Below, piece after piece: positions 10,210 to 25,400 of a DNA stretch of 64,000 bases (within the stretch, counting starts at the first letter, position 1; each line of letters starts with the position of its first letter). The notes under the pieces were generated by a model. That model saw only the letters and a program-made list of their open reading frames with translations, did not search any database and was not told the DNA's origin. A program made the position numbers and the translations under genes. Where the stretch lies: contig JACZVC010000016.1 in assembly GCA_022572885.1 (NCBI GenBank), positions 2,646-66,645 on the forward strand. Direction: 5' to 3'. Origin of the DNA: Pseudomonadota bacterium. Its GTDB lineage: Bacteria > Pseudomonadota > Gammaproteobacteria > Steroidobacterales > MnTg04.

Positions 10210-10917
10210 CTATCGAGTTGGCAAGTATCTGGTCGGATCGACCGGTTTGCCATCGATCCGAATCTCGAAATGCAGCATCGGGCGCTTGCCTGGGCCTTTC
10301 CCCATGCGGGCAATTTGCTGTCCCTTGCTGACTTTGTCGCCCTGTGAAACGAGCAACTCGGAGTTATATCCGTATGCGCTGAGAAAGGTGTTGTTATGTT
10401 TGATGATAATAAGCTGGCCGTATCCTATAAGTCCACTGCCTGAGTAGACCACATGCCCCGCAGCGGCCGCTTTCACTGGCGCACGATCCGTGCCGGCGAT
10501 ATCGAGCCCCTTGCCGATTGCACCGACGGCGCCAAAACTGGACAGAATCCTGCCTTTGACGGGCCATATCCACTCCGGTGTGGCAGCTGCCGGCGGCGGC
10601 TTCCCGGGTAGCGGGGATTTTTCCCGTCCGCGCGCCGGCGGCCGCGTTTTTGCCGTGCTGGCTACCGTACTGCCCGGAGGCCGCCTGAGAACCAGGACCT
10701 GCCCCGGAAATATGCTATAGCCACCGCCAAGGCGGTTCCAGCGCGCCAGTTCACGGTAATCCAGCCCGTACCGCCAGGCGATCCCGTAAACCGTGTCGCC
10801 GGCACGGACCGTGTAACTGTCCCGCTCACGGTTTCGCCATTGCTCGCCGGCACAGCCTGACAACTCCGTAAAAACCAGCACGGCGGCCAACCAGAGGATG
10901 ATCCGTCGTTTTGTCAT
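10210..10917 (-). CDS. nlpD: Murein hydrolase activator lipoprotein NlpD (LysM + M23 peptidase domains)
   Basis: It has a lipobox signal ([22 protein letters not shown]) and a LysM segment ([27 protein letters not shown]). The M23 region is GLDIAG...GHVVYSG...GQLIIIKH...LHFEIR. The start is ATG 10917. Confidence 0.93.
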   Translation of the reverse strand: MTKRRIILWLAAVLVFTELSGCAGEQWRNRERDSYTVRAGDTVYGIAWRYGLDYRELARWNRLGGGYSIFPGQVLVLRRPPGSTVASTAKTRPPARGREKSPLPGKPPPAAATPEWIWPVKGRILSSFGAVGAIGKGLDIAGTDRAPVKAAAAGHVVYSGSGLIGYGQLIIIKHNNTFLSAYGYNSELLVSQGDKVSKGQQIARMGKGPGKRPMLHFEIRIDGKPVDPTRYLPTR

Positions 10918-11489
10918 CGAAAATAAAAAAACGCCGCTACCACCAGTGCCACGCAGGTCCATCCGATGGTATCAATGTGTCGTCGCAGGCGGCGTTCCAT
11001 CGCTGGCCCACCCCAGCGGATCAGACCGGCGACCAGAAAAAACCGGCTGCTGCGGCCAGCCACCGATGCCATGACAAAACCGGCCAGCGGCATTCCCGTT
11101 GCCCCGGCGGCAATCGTAAAAAGCTTATAGGGAATCGGCGAAAACCCCGCTATCAAGACTGCCCAGAACCCCCATTGTTCAAACCAGTCACGCACCGTCT
11201 GATAATTATCCCAGTACCCCAGATCCCGCAGCAGCGGTTCCGCCAGGTCCAGCGCGTAAAAACCGATCGCATAACCGGCCAGGCCGCCGGCCACCGACGC
11301 CAATGAGGTGATCAGTGCGAAACGCAGCGCACGATCCGGCCGCGCCAGACTCATCGGCGCAAGCATCACATCGGGCGGTACCGGGAAAAAAGAAGACTCG
11401 GCGAAACTCAGACCGGCCAGGTACCACGGCGCGGAATCGTGGCGCGACCAGCGGAGGACGCGATCATAAATCGGCCCAAACAGCCTCAC
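10914..11489 (-). CDS. yqaA: YqaA/DedA-family inner membrane protein
   Basis: 191 aa and multi-TM. The N-terminus ...[27 protein letters not shown] is typical of YqaA. The GTG start overlaps the pcm stop (GTGA). Confidence 0.8.
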   Translation of the reverse strand: MRLFGPIYDRVLRWSRHDSAPWYLAGLSFAESSFFPVPPDVMLAPMSLARPDRALRFALITSLASVAGGLAGYAIGFYALDLAEPLLRDLGYWDNYQTVRDWFEQWGFWAVLIAGFSPIPYKLFTIAAGATGMPLAGFVMASVAGRSSRFFLVAGLIRWGGPAMERRLRRHIDTIGWTCVALVVAAFFYFR

Positions 11490-12172
11490 CGAATCTTACC
11501 TTCCAGCAAGGGCACGAAGCTCACCAGGCCCAGCGACTGTCTTTCGACCTTGCCATCGTTGCGCCGAGTCAACTGCAGCAACTCCTGCCCACCCCGACCG
11601 CCGACCGGGATGATCAGGCGTCCATCGATCGCCAGTTGGTCTATCAGGTCCTGTGGAATGGATGCGGGCGCCGCCGCAACCAGGATTCCATCGAACGGCG
11701 CCTCCTCCAGCCATCCATGCCAACCATCGCCGTGCTTGAAGCGGACGTTTTTGATGCCCAGCTCAAACAAGGTTTGCCGTGCTCTTTGCAACAGGGGCGC
11801 GAGCCTTTCAATGCTGTAAATCTGACCGACCAGCGGTGCCAGGACCGCGGTCTGGTAGCCACAACCGGTGCCCACCTCAAGAATTTTCTGCAACGGCCCG
11901 CCGCTTAGCAGCGCCTCGGTCATGCGCGCGACCACATAAGGTTGTGAAATCGTCTGGCTGTGGCCTATGGGTAGTGCGGTATCTTCGTATGCGCGGCTGG
12001 CGAGCGCCTCGTCGACAAACAGATGCCGCGGTACATTGCGTATTCTTTCGAGGACTTCGGTATTGGCAATCCCGCCGGCCTGCAGCCGTTTGATCAACCG
12101 GTCCCTGGTCCGCGCCGAGGTCATGCCAATCCCGCTGACATTACGCAAGCTCACGACGTTTCTTCCAGCCAC
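11486..12172 (-). CDS. pcm: Protein-L-isoaspartate O-methyltransferase
   Basis: It contains [14 protein letters not shown], the SAM-binding motif [16 protein letters not shown] and LIIPVG. It lies between surE and nlpD as in many proteobacteria. The start is ambiguous, either GTG 12172 or ATG 12124. Confidence 0.92.
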   Translation of the reverse strand: MAGRNVVSLRNVSGIGMTSARTRDRLIKRLQAGGIANTEVLERIRNVPRHLFVDEALASRAYEDTALPIGHSQTISQPYVVARMTEALLSGGPLQKILEVGTGCGYQTAVLAPLVGQIYSIERLAPLLQRARQTLFELGIKNVRFKHGDGWHGWLEEAPFDGILVAAAPASIPQDLIDQLAIDGRLIIPVGGRGGQELLQLTRRNDGKVERQSLGLVSFVPLLEGKIR

Positions 12173-12900
12173 TGACCCAGCTTGTCGAGAGCCGCGTGCC
12201 GGGTCAGATCCACCTGCAACGGCGTAATCGAAACCCGACCTGCTGCGACCGCGTAAAAATCCGTACCCGGACCGGCGTCCTGACCGACACCGGGAGGTCC
12301 AACCCAGAAAATCTCTTTGCCTTTCGGATCCTTGCTGCGAATCACCGGTTCCGCGCGATGCCGGTAACCCAGGCGCGTCACCACCGAGGATGAGATTTTT
12401 TCGTAGGCCAGGTCGGGCACGTTGATATTCAATATGGTATCGGCAGGCAGCGGTTTCTCAGTCAGCCGAATCAGCAAATCCCTGGCGACCCGGGCGGCAG
12501 TCTCGAACAAGCGGCTGCCGCCGCCGACCAGCGACAGCGCCATTGTCGGCAAGCCTAGGAAACGCCCTTCCATGGCCGCGGCCACGGTGCCGGAATACAG
12601 CACATCGTCCCCGAGGTTGGCGCCATCGTTGATCCCCGAAATGACCATGTCCGGCTCGGTATCGAGCAAACCCGTAATCGCCAGATGCACACAATCGGTT
12701 GGCGTCCCCTCGACATAGAACACACCCGGCCCCGCCTGGTGCACACGCAGCGGCATATCCAGCGTCAGCGAGTTGCTGGCGCCACTGCGATTGCGGTCGG
12801 GTGCAACGATGGTGATCTCCGCCAGATCGGCAATAGCCTCCGCCAGGCAACGCAGCCCCGGCGCCAGGTAACCGTCATCATTGCTCAGAAGAATATTCAA
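12151..12900 (-). CDS. surE: 5'/3'-nucleotidase SurE
   Basis: [15 protein letters not shown] is the hallmark N-terminus and [24 protein letters not shown] is present. The start is TTG at 12900. Confidence 0.95.
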   Translation of the reverse strand: MNILLSNDDGYLAPGLRCLAEAIADLAEITIVAPDRNRSGASNSLTLDMPLRVHQAGPGVFYVEGTPTDCVHLAITGLLDTEPDMVISGINDGANLGDDVLYSGTVAAAMEGRFLGLPTMALSLVGGGSRLFETAARVARDLLIRLTEKPLPADTILNINVPDLAYEKISSSVVTRLGYRHRAEPVIRSKDPKGKEIFWVGPPGVGQDAGPGTDFYAVAAGRVSITPLQVDLTRHAALDKLGQWLEETS

Positions 12901-13059
12901 GCCGCGCGTCCCTTTGCGGTTTCATACGACGAACGCCGGGTGCGTATGGTCATGGTCATTGGCTGCCTACTATACTGGAAAGCACATCGGCCAACTATCA
13001 ACGGCGGTTGACGGCGGACCGATGACGCCAGTACGGGCACAGGATTCCCAGGTGACACG

Positions 13060-13587
13060 ATGAGCGGACACGATGACGAAAAATCCCGGTTTCACAAAGC
13101 GATGCAGGATGTACGTCAATTGGCGGACAAGCAGCGCGTCGAACACGGCAAGCCGAAACCCAAAGCGACCGCCAGATTCACCCGCCGCGACAACGCAGAA
13201 GTCATGCGGCAAAGCCTGAGCGGTCCACCGCTGCCCGGCGAGATACAGACCGGCGAAGAAATGATCTATGCCCGCCCCGGCTTGCCAGGCAAAGTCATGC
13301 GTAAACTGCGCCGCGGCCAGTATGCGATTGAAAGCGAATGCGATCTGCACGGGCTGACCGCCGAGCAGGCGAAACATGTGCTGGTGGAATTTATCGACGA
13401 GTGCCTGACCATGGGTTCGCGCTGCGTGCGCGTTGTCCACGGCAAGGGGCGCGGTTCAGGCGCCGCCGGCCCGGTGATCAAGCCACTGGTGGGTAGTTAC
13501 CTGCGTCGGCGGGCCGAGGTTCTGGCCTATGCCACAACACTGCCGGCCCACGGAGGCAACGGCGCAGTCTACGTACTGCTGAAATAA
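13060..13587 (+). CDS. smrA: Smr-domain protein (SmrA-like endonuclease)
   Basis: 175 aa with a C-terminal Smr domain: DLHGLTAEQAKHVLVEFI...VRVVHGKGRGS...YLRRR. Confidence 0.8.
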   Translation: MSGHDDEKSRFHKAMQDVRQLADKQRVEHGKPKPKATARFTRRDNAEVMRQSLSGPPLPGEIQTGEEMIYARPGLPGKVMRKLRRGQYAIESECDLHGLTAEQAKHVLVEFIDECLTMGSRCVRVVHGKGRGSGAAGPVIKPLVGSYLRRRAEVLAYATTLPAHGGNGAVYVLLK

Positions 13588-13650
13588 CCATTGACGTATC
13601 ACGGCTGTCGGGGTCGCCATCTGTCAGTATAGTCTCATGTCGACCGCGGG

Positions 13651-14409
13651 TTACCCCTTCTTCTTGGCAAGCGAAGAAACCAGCTCACCAAGGACCGTCT
13701 GGGTCTCCTCGCTGAACCAACCATCGGTGATCGCCTCGACCATGCTTTCATCCAGCCGATCAAAAATATCCAGTAATGGCTGACGGGCGATCTTGCGGGT
13801 CACCAGCATCGCGCGCCTGGGCACACCGAGCATCCTGCGTAACCTGCCAAGCGCAGTCGCCACCACATCGTCGGGTTCGACGAGCTCATCGACCAGCCCG
13901 CAGGCGAGCGCTTCAGCGGAGCTGATCAACTCGCCGACCACGACCAGCCTTTCCGCCTCTCGCTGGCCGAGCAGCAAACGATAGGCATAAAAAATCAACG
14001 GCGGCAGGGCCAGCCCGACCGCCACCTCATTGAGCCCCATCCGAAAATCGCCCTTGGCTGCGATGCGCCGGTCACAAAAAATTGCGAGAACCGTGCCTCC
14101 AGCCGGATTGTGGCCGCCGATCGCGGCGAAAACCGGTACCGGAAAACCCGCCAGCGTTTTCAGAACGCGAAAAAAACTCCGCCAGAATTCCGCGATCGCC
14201 TGCCGCTCCAGCAGCAACAGGGACGGAATATCGAGCCCGGCCGAAAACAAACCCTGCCGCCCGGACAGCACGACTCCCGAGACCTCGTCATCGGCTGCTT
14301 TTTTCAGCGCGGCGTGAATCGCCAGCATCATCGGCGCGTCGATCGCGTTGACCGGCGGCCGCGCCAGGCGGATTTCCCGAATATCGTCGTGATCAATCTG
14401 TTCCAGCAT
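13651..14409 (-). CDS. Enoyl-CoA hydratase/isomerase (crotonase) family protein
   Basis: 252 aa with a crotonase-fold pattern: IRLARPPVNAI, VVLSGRQGLFSAGLDI, AAIGGHNPAGGTVLAIFCDRRIA. The substrate cannot be inferred. Confidence 0.8.
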   Translation of the reverse strand: MLEQIDHDDIREIRLARPPVNAIDAPMMLAIHAALKKAADDEVSGVVLSGRQGLFSAGLDIPSLLLLERQAIAEFWRSFFRVLKTLAGFPVPVFAAIGGHNPAGGTVLAIFCDRRIAAKGDFRMGLNEVAVGLALPPLIFYAYRLLLGQREAERLVVVGELISSAEALACGLVDELVEPDDVVATALGRLRRMLGVPRRAMLVTRKIARQPLLDIFDRLDESMVEAITDGWFSEETQTVLGELVSSLAKKKG

Positions 14410-14480
14410 TCTTGGCTCCCCTTATCACCAGCCGCCGGTAATTTCTGCGCCCCGCGACACAAAGAATTATCGCCGAACAA

Positions 14481-14978
14481 TCAGACCTCGGCATCGGTTT
14501 TTCTGCGCAACAGCACGACCGCGTGCGCCGCAATGGCCTCGCCCCGACCGACCGCGCCGACCCCTTCCGCGGTCGTCGCTTTGACATTGATCCGGTCAAC
14601 CGTGACCCCCAGATCTTCGGCAATGCGCTCGCACATTCTGTTGCGGTAAAGGCCGATCCGCGGCGCTTCGCAGATCAACGTCAGATCGGCATTTTCCAAT
14701 TCGTAATTCTGGTGGCCCATCAGTTCCGCGATCAAGCACAGAAACTCCCGGCTCACGGTATCGCGCCAGTGTTCAGCCTGGTCCGAAAAATGCTGCCCGA
14801 TATCGCCCTGGCACATTGCACCCAGCAAGGCATCGCACAAGGCATGAATTAAGACATCACCATCAGAATGCGCTATAATCTGTTGATTATGTGGCATTTC
14901 TACACCCGCTAATCGAATGCTGACGGCCGTCCCGACCGCGCCAAAGCGGTGTAAATCATAACCATGACCGATCCGCAT
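14481..14978 (-). CDS. ispF: 2-C-methyl-D-erythritol 2,4-cyclodiphosphate synthase
   Basis: MRIGHGYDLHRF and SDGDVLIHALCDALLGA are present. ATG 14978 overlaps the ispD stop (ATGA). Confidence 0.96.
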   Translation of the reverse strand: MRIGHGYDLHRFGAVGTAVSIRLAGVEMPHNQQIIAHSDGDVLIHALCDALLGAMCQGDIGQHFSDQAEHWRDTVSREFLCLIAELMGHQNYELENADLTLICEAPRIGLYRNRMCERIAEDLGVTVDRINVKATTAEGVGAVGRGEAIAAHAVVLLRRKTDAEV

Positions 14979-15694
14979 CAATTCCTCCCTTGTCCGGCCA
15001 GTATGGCCTGCGCCAATGCCAGGTCCGCGGGCTCGGTCACCTTGATATTGTCGCGGCGGCCTTCGACCAGCAACGGCCGATGACCGGCCAGCTCCATCGC
15101 GGCAGCCTCATCGCCCAGCACTTTTCCCGCTTTCCGCGCGGCTTCCAGCGCCCGACGCAGCAGGCCATACGGGAAAACTTGCGGGGTCATCGCCTGCCAC
15201 AAACCCTGGCGGTCCATCGTCGACACCGCCCGCGCCTGGCTGCCGACGCCGGATGCTTTTTTCAGCGTGTCCATGACCCGGCTCGCCAGCAAGCCACCGG
15301 TGCCGTCAGCCCCGGTCGATTCGGTCAGTAGTCTACGCAAATCGTCCACGCAAAGGCAGGGCCTCGCCGCATCGTGGACCAACACCCAGTCATGCTCACT
15401 GGCCTCATCTTGCAAAGCCTGTACAGCATTGATCACGGAATGCATTCTCTCGGCGCCACCGGCAACCGTCCTGACCGGCAACGGCAGTTGCCCGCTGATG
15501 CCGGCAAACCAGCGGTCGCCGTCATCGATCGCCAGCACCGTGCCAGACAGGTTGCCCCAATCGGCAAAGGCCTGCAACGCATGCGCAAGCATGCAGCGGC
15601 CGCCGATCTCCCGGTATTGTTTCGGCAGCTCTGCGCCGAGTCGCCGGCCGGTCCCGGCCGCGGGCACCACCAGCCAAAAACGCGGCTCGTTCAT
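14978..15694 (-). CDS. ispD: 2-C-methyl-D-erythritol 4-phosphate cytidylyltransferase
   Basis: The VVPAAGTGRRLG nucleotide-binding motif is present, and ispD-ispF adjacency supports the call. The start overlaps the ftsB stop (ATGA). Confidence 0.95.
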   Translation of the reverse strand: MNEPRFWLVVPAAGTGRRLGAELPKQYREIGGRCMLAHALQAFADWGNLSGTVLAIDDGDRWFAGISGQLPLPVRTVAGGAERMHSVINAVQALQDEASEHDWVLVHDAARPCLCVDDLRRLLTESTGADGTGGLLASRVMDTLKKASGVGSQARAVSTMDRQGLWQAMTPQVFPYGLLRRALEAARKAGKVLGDEAAAMELAGHRPLLVEGRRDNIKVTEPADLALAQAILAGQGRN

Positions 15695-16020
15695 GGTTTT
15701 TCATCCGCCGCGTCCGCATTGCCCGTTGCGGGCTCTGTGGCCGGGTATTCATCGCCGACGATCTGAAAAAAGGTTTCCTGATCGCGAATCATGCCCAGAT
15801 CGCTGCGCGCCCGTTCCTCGACCGCGTCCTTGCCTTGTCGAAGATCGCGCACTTCCGCTTCCAGCGCGTCATTGCGTCGTTCCAGCTCGATGTTGCGTGC
15901 GGCTTGTTCACTGACCAGTTCCCGCAACCGCCACATTTCCTGCATGCCCTCATCGCTGATCCACAGGCGATACTGAAGCAACAAGAACAGCACCAGCAGG
16001 ATTACTAAGAGATAGCGCAT
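15691..16020 (-). CDS. ftsB: Cell division protein FtsB
   Basis: It has an N-terminal TM (MRYLLVILLVLFLLLQYRLW) followed by a coiled coil (LRELVSEQAARNIELERRNDALEAEVRDLRQG). It occupies the conserved eno-ftsB-ispD position. ATG 16020 is preferred over GTG 16029. Confidence 0.9.
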   Translation of the reverse strand: MRYLLVILLVLFLLLQYRLWISDEGMQEMWRLRELVSEQAARNIELERRNDALEAEVRDLRQGKDAVEERARSDLGMIRDQETFFQIVGDEYPATEPATGNADAADEKP

Positions 16021-16041
16021 AAATCCCACGCCGCCGGCTTA

Positions 16042-17322
<1,281 letters not shown>

Positions 17323-17379
17323 TCAGCCTTTTCCGAATCTCACTATGCGCCTGGCTATCAGGCTGGATCCGATCGACCC

Positions 17380-19952
<2,573 letters not shown>

Positions 19953-19999
19953 TCATGTGGTCGGTACTAGAAAATACCAGAAGCCGGCCTGCGCGACAA

Positions 20000-21379
20000 T
20001 CAGGAATTCACATCCGGCGCCCGCAACCAGCGAATAACCCGGCCATCTTCACCCGCTCTTGCCAGCCATTCTTCGGCGCAGCCTATACCCGGCACCCAGA
20101 CCAGCCGATCCGCGCAAAAAACCAGGGGCAGCCGGGACCTCATCCATGGCGGAATCCCTTTTTCCTGCAGCCATTTTTTCAGCGGCTTCCGCCTGCCGCC
20201 CGCGGGCCGGAAGCGCTCGCCGCCGGCCCGGAAACGCACCGTGCAGTGACGTTCGAGTAAGTGTTTCGCTATTACACCATTGCCGCAAGCCGAGTCCGCC
20301 GGAGCCAATTCGAGTTGTCCCATGGTTCCTGGCAGGGACAGCGGTTTGTCCGTATCCCAATCCAGCGCCTGGTCCGGCGCTTCGCCCAGGGAAGGCATCA
20401 GGTAAAGCCTGTCGCGATAGCGCCTGAGTTCCGTATCGCGCCACCGCACCACCGGCTCGGCATCGGCCCTGGCGGGAACCACACTATCGATGATTTCGGC
20501 CAGGCGACCGTGACCCGGCACCGGGTAGCCCTCGGTCCTGATCCAGTAACGCAGCAGGTTGCGTATCCGACCGGCACTGAGTCCGGCGAATTTTTCGGTC
20601 GGCAGCACGGCAGCGAGGTAAGCGGTCTCGGCCAGCGGGTCGCCAAGATCCTGCTTGGCCAACTCGGCCAGCACAGACTCAGCCTCGGCACAATGCGCCG
20701 CACTGCGGGCCGCGCTACCGGCAACCGCTGGCCAGCGTTCCCGCAGCAAGGGCAGGATCCGGTGACGCAGGTAATTGCGGTCAAACTGCTGGTTCTGGTT
20801 GCTGCTGTCTTCGCACCAGCTCACCGCGTTCCGCCGTGCCCAATCGCACAGTTCATCCCGGCTGACTGACAACAGCGGCCGCAGCAGCAGGCCCGGGCCC
20901 AGATCGCGAACCACCGGCATCGCGGCCAGCCCCGCCGGGCCGGCGCCGCGCATGAGTTGCAGCAGGAAAGTCTCCAGTTGGTCGTCGAGGTGGTGTGCGC
21001 AGACCAGGACTTCGCCGTCAGCCATGGCGTCTGCCAGCGCACGATAACGAGCGTCGCGAGCCGTGGCTTCCAGACCGCCTGGCGCATCCTCTGCAACAGT
21101 AATTCGGATCGCCGAAAAATCCACTGCCAGCTTTTGCGCAACAGCCTGCGCCGCCGACTGCCACCGGTCAGCGTCGGCGTACAGTCCGTGGTTGACATGT
21201 ATGGCTCGCAATGCGGCATCCGGCCATTCCGCGATGATCGATGTCATCAACGCCAACAACACGCTGGAATCGAGACCGCCGCTGAAGGCAATGCAATACC
21301 GGCTGCGCCGGGGATCGGCCAGATGCGCGGCGAGCACCTGGCGTAACCGGGCGGCCAGGTTTTCGCTGCCGGGGGTCAT
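20000..21379 (-). CDS. tilS: tRNA(Ile)-lysidine synthase
   Basis: 459 aa with the PP-loop FSGGLDSSVLL. It occupies the conserved position downstream of accA. Confidence 0.93.
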   Translation of the reverse strand: MTPGSENLAARLRQVLAAHLADPRRSRYCIAFSGGLDSSVLLALMTSIIAEWPDAALRAIHVNHGLYADADRWQSAAQAVAQKLAVDFSAIRITVAEDAPGGLEATARDARYRALADAMADGEVLVCAHHLDDQLETFLLQLMRGAGPAGLAAMPVVRDLGPGLLLRPLLSVSRDELCDWARRNAVSWCEDSSNQNQQFDRNYLRHRILPLLRERWPAVAGSAARSAAHCAEAESVLAELAKQDLGDPLAETAYLAAVLPTEKFAGLSAGRIRNLLRYWIRTEGYPVPGHGRLAEIIDSVVPARADAEPVVRWRDTELRRYRDRLYLMPSLGEAPDQALDWDTDKPLSLPGTMGQLELAPADSACGNGVIAKHLLERHCTVRFRAGGERFRPAGGRRKPLKKWLQEKGIPPWMRSRLPLVFCADRLVWVPGIGCAEEWLARAGEDGRVIRWLRAPDVNS

Positions 21380-21385
21380 GATTGG

Positions 21386-22351
21386 CTAATCCGCGGTTTC
21401 CTTGTAGAGGCCGAAGTTCATCAATCGCCGATACCGCTGCTCCAGTAATTCGTCCGTGTTATGACCGGTTAGTGCCTCGAGGTTGTGCAACAGGGAATTT
21501 TTCAAGGCTTCGACCATCGCATCGGGATCCCGGTGTGCGCCACCGAGCGGTTCGCCGATAATTTCATCGACCAGGTCCAGCTTGGCCAACCGGTCCGCGG
21601 TGATGCCCATGGCTTCCGCGGCAACCTCCGCCTTGTCCGCGGTCTTCCAGAGTATGGACGCACAGCCTTCGGGAGAAATCACCGAGTAAATGCTGTATTC
21701 GAGCATCAACAGGCGATCGCAAACGCCGATGGCCAAGGCACCGCCAGAGCCCCCCTCGCCGATGACAACCGCCAGGATGGGCGTACGCAGGCCAGCCATT
21801 TCATACAGGTTGCGCGCGATCGCGTCGCTTTGCCCGCGCTCTTCGGCGCCGACGCCCGGATAGGCGCCCGGCGTATCGATCAGCGTAATGACCGGCAGCG
21901 AAAATCGTTCGGCCATGCGCATCAGGCGCAAGGCCTTGCGATAACCTTCGGGCTTCGGCATGCCGTAGTTACGATACACCCGCTGTTTGGTGTCGCGGCC
22001 TTTTTGATGGCCAATGACCATGACCGGCCGGCCGTCCAGCCGCGCCAAACCGCCAACAATCGCGGGATCGTCCGCAAACATACGGTCACCGGATAATTCC
22101 TGAAAATCGGTAAATATTTTTGCCAGGTAATCGTTCGTGTACGGCCGTTGCGGATGGCGCGCAAGCTGGGTGACCTGCCAGGCGGTCAACCCGGAAAAAA
22201 TCGACTGGGTCAGCGAACGGCTCTTTTCCTCAAGCCGGTTTATTTCCTCGCTGATATTAATATCAGCGTCGCTGCCGACATGGCGAAGTTCTTCGATCTT
22301 CGCCTCGAGCTCGGCGATCGGTTGCTCAAAATCGAGAAATCTCAGATCCAT
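21386..22351 (-). CDS. accA: Acetyl-CoA carboxylase carboxyltransferase subunit alpha
   Basis: The N-terminus [19 protein letters not shown] is diagnostic, and the body contains [24 protein letters not shown] 22351 is preferred over GTG 22360. Confidence 0.97.
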   Translation of the reverse strand: MDLRFLDFEQPIAELEAKIEELRHVGSDADINISEEINRLEEKSRSLTQSIFSGLTAWQVTQLARHPQRPYTNDYLAKIFTDFQELSGDRMFADDPAIVGGLARLDGRPVMVIGHQKGRDTKQRVYRNYGMPKPEGYRKALRLMRMAERFSLPVITLIDTPGAYPGVGAEERGQSDAIARNLYEMAGLRTPILAVVIGEGGSGGALAIGVCDRLLMLEYSIYSVISPEGCASILWKTADKAEVAAEAMGITADRLAKLDLVDEIIGEPLGGAHRDPDAMVEALKNSLLHNLEALTGHNTDELLEQRYRRLMNFGLYKETAD

Positions 22352-22458
22352 GCTGTACACCGCAAAAAACAGACACCCACATTACCGATACAGCTAGGCC
22401 CGTACAAGCCCGGCTGGCGGGTCCGTTTTCCGGGCCAGCCCGGCCCTTTGAGGGTGTC

Positions 22459-25400
22459 CTACAACGGTGGCGGATAGACCAGCTTCAGGTGTTCCCCGCC
22501 AACCAGTTTATCCAGTTTGTCCAGCAATTCACGGGTTGGCCGGATCTGCCAGTCGTCGCCGAGCGCCAGCAAGGCCTTGGCGCCGCTACCGGTATATCTC
22601 ACCCAGACACCGCAATGGCCATCAAGATAGGGCCGCAACGTCCCCTTCAGTTCATGCACGAACTGCTGTCCGTCCTGCTGCCCCTGCCACTCGATGATCA
22701 ACTTTTTCGCCATTTGCTCCCTGGCTGCGTCGATATCCTGAATTTTCTTAGCGCTAATCTGCCAGCTATTGCTGAAATCGTCGTACCGCAGGCCGCCGTG
22801 AATCAACAGCACTGCCTTGACCTGCAAGAGATGCCCGAACTCCTGGTAAGCCTCTTCGAAAAGGGTTACTTCCACCCGCCCGCTACGATCATCCAGCTGC
22901 AAGGTAACCCGGTTGCCGCGCTTGCCCATTTTCAGCACCACCCCCGCGACCGTGACCTTGCGGACGATTGCGTATTGATGGCGGCCGTTTCCCACTGGCT
23001 GGCCATCGCCCAGGTCGGCAATCCGGCTGCCGACCAACTGCGGCAAGTCTCTTTCATAGCGCGTGATCGGGTGACCGGTGAGATAAAGACCCAGGGTGTC
23101 AAATTCGCCATCCAGCCGCTCTTTCTCGCTCCATTCAGGTGGGTGGTCCTGCTGATGCCTGCCAATCAGCGGAACCGGCAGCTCGTCGATTTGCGGGCCC
23201 GGCCCGCTGAACCCGAACATGTCGTCCTGACCGGCTGCGCTGGCTTTGGCATCCTGTACGGCGAGCTTCATCGCGGCCGGCAATTGCGCCAGCAGCGCGG
23301 CGCGGCCGACCCCCAGGCTATCCATCGCGCCCGAGCGGATCAGTGCCTCCATAACGCGCCTGTTGAGCTTTTGCAGATCGACCCGCTGGCACAGATCGAC
23401 GATACCGGCAAACGCGCCACCTGCCGATCGTTCCGCAATCAGGCCCTCGAGCGCGCCGCGCCCAACGCCTTTGATCGCGCCCAGGCCATAGCGGATGGTG
23501 CGCGGGCCGGAGACCACGAAGGCATAACCGGAATGGTTGATGTCAGGTACCGCGACTTCGATATCCATGGCTGCGCATTCATCGATCAGCGTCACCACTT
23601 TGTCGGTGTTGTCCATGTCCGTCGACAGCACCGCGGCCATGAATGCTGCGGGGTAATGCGCTTTCAGCCACGCGGTGCGATAAGCAAGCACGGCATAAGC
23701 GGCCGAATGGGACTTGTTGAACCCGTAACCGGCAAATTTCTCCATCAGATCGAATATGAATGTGGCGAGTTCCGTATCGACCCCTGCCTGCTCGGCGCCA
23801 CGCAGGAAAACTCCCCGTTGCTTGGCCATTTCTTCCGGCTTTTTCTTGCCCATCGCGCGCCTTAAAAGGTCGGCTTCACCCAGGCTGTAACCGGCCAGCA
23901 CCTGCGCGATCTGCATGACCTGTTCCTGGTAGAGAATTACGCCATAGGTGGGCTCGAGTATGGGCTTCAGGTCGGGGTGGAAATAATCGATCTTGGTCTT
24001 GTCGGCGGCGTGCTTGCGGTTGATGAAGTCATCGACCATACCCGACTGAAGCGGCCCCGGCCTGAATAAGGCCACCAACGCCACGATCTCGCCAAAATTA
24101 TCGGGCTGCAAGCGTTTGATGAGATCCTTCATGCCGCGAGACTCGAGCTGAAATACAGCCACGGTCCGACATTTCTTGAGCAAGTCGTAGGTCGCGGAAT
24201 CCTGCAGGTCGATCGCATCGATATCCAGCGGCGGCTCTCCCGACTCCCGCCGCTGACCGTTAATTATTTTGACCGCCCGATCGATGACGGTCAGCGTACG
24301 CAAGCCGAGAAAATCGAACTTGACCAACCCGCAGGCTTCGACGTCGTCCTTGTCGAACTGGGTAACCACATTGGCGCCGCCTTCTTCGCAATACAGCGGC
24401 GCGTAGTCGGTCAAGGGTCTGGGTGCAATCACCACGCCACCGGCGTGTTTGCCGGCATTTCTCACCAGGCCTTCCAACTGGCGCGCCAGGTTGATCAGGT
24501 TGTGCACCTCGTCATCGTTTTCGTAGAGATTCCGCAGTTCGTCATCCTGCTCCAGCGCCTTTTCCAGGGTAATGCCCAGTTCGAAGGGAATCAGTTTCGC
24601 GATTCGATCGACAAAACCGTAGGGATGACCCAGGACCCTGCCCACATCCCGGACCACCGCCTTGGCCGCCAGGGTTCCGTAAGTGATGATCTGCGAAACC
24701 CGGTCCCTGCCATAGCGACCGGCGACATAGTCGATCACCCGGTCGCGGCCTTCCATGCAGAAATCAATATCGAAATCCGGCATCGAAACGCGTTCGGGAT
24801 TGAGAAATCTTTCGAACAGCAATTCGTGCACTATCGGATCGAGATCGGTAATCTGCAATGCGTAGGCAACCAGGCTGCCGGCGCCCGAACCGCGACCTGG
24901 CCCGACCGGTATACCGTTCTCCCTGGACCAACGAATAAAATCCGCGACAATCAGGAAATAGCCGGGAAAACCCATTTCACAAATGACGTCTATTTCATGA
25001 TCGAGCCGCTGCTGGTACACATCCGGCAAGGCGCCGGATTCGGTCAGCCCGAGCCGCCGACGCAGACCCGCCATTGACGCGCCACGCAAATACCCAGCCG
25101 TGCTCTGACCATCGGGGATCGGAAAGTCGGGCAGATCGCTGCCCCCGAGTTTTAACTGGAGGTTACAGCGTTTTGCGATTTCGACGCCGTTTTCCAGCGC
25201 TTCCGGCAGATCGGCAAAAAGCTGCTGCATTTCTTCGGAACCGCGCAAATATTGCTGTTCACTGTAACGCCTTGGCCGGCCCGGATCGGTCAGCACCTGG
25301 CCGTCGTGTATACACACTCTTGCTTCGTGCGCACCGAACTCGCTGGCGCTGATAAAGCGGACGTCGTTACTCGCCAGCAACGGCGCGCACTGTTCGGACG

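Noticed and set aside
10007-10210. 68-codon N-terminal extension of rpoS up to the nlpD stop
   Set aside because: The extension ([34 protein letters not shown]...) is Arg/Gly-rich and unlike sigma-factor region 1. Conserved sequence begins at [13 protein letters not shown]. It is treated as the rpoS leader instead.
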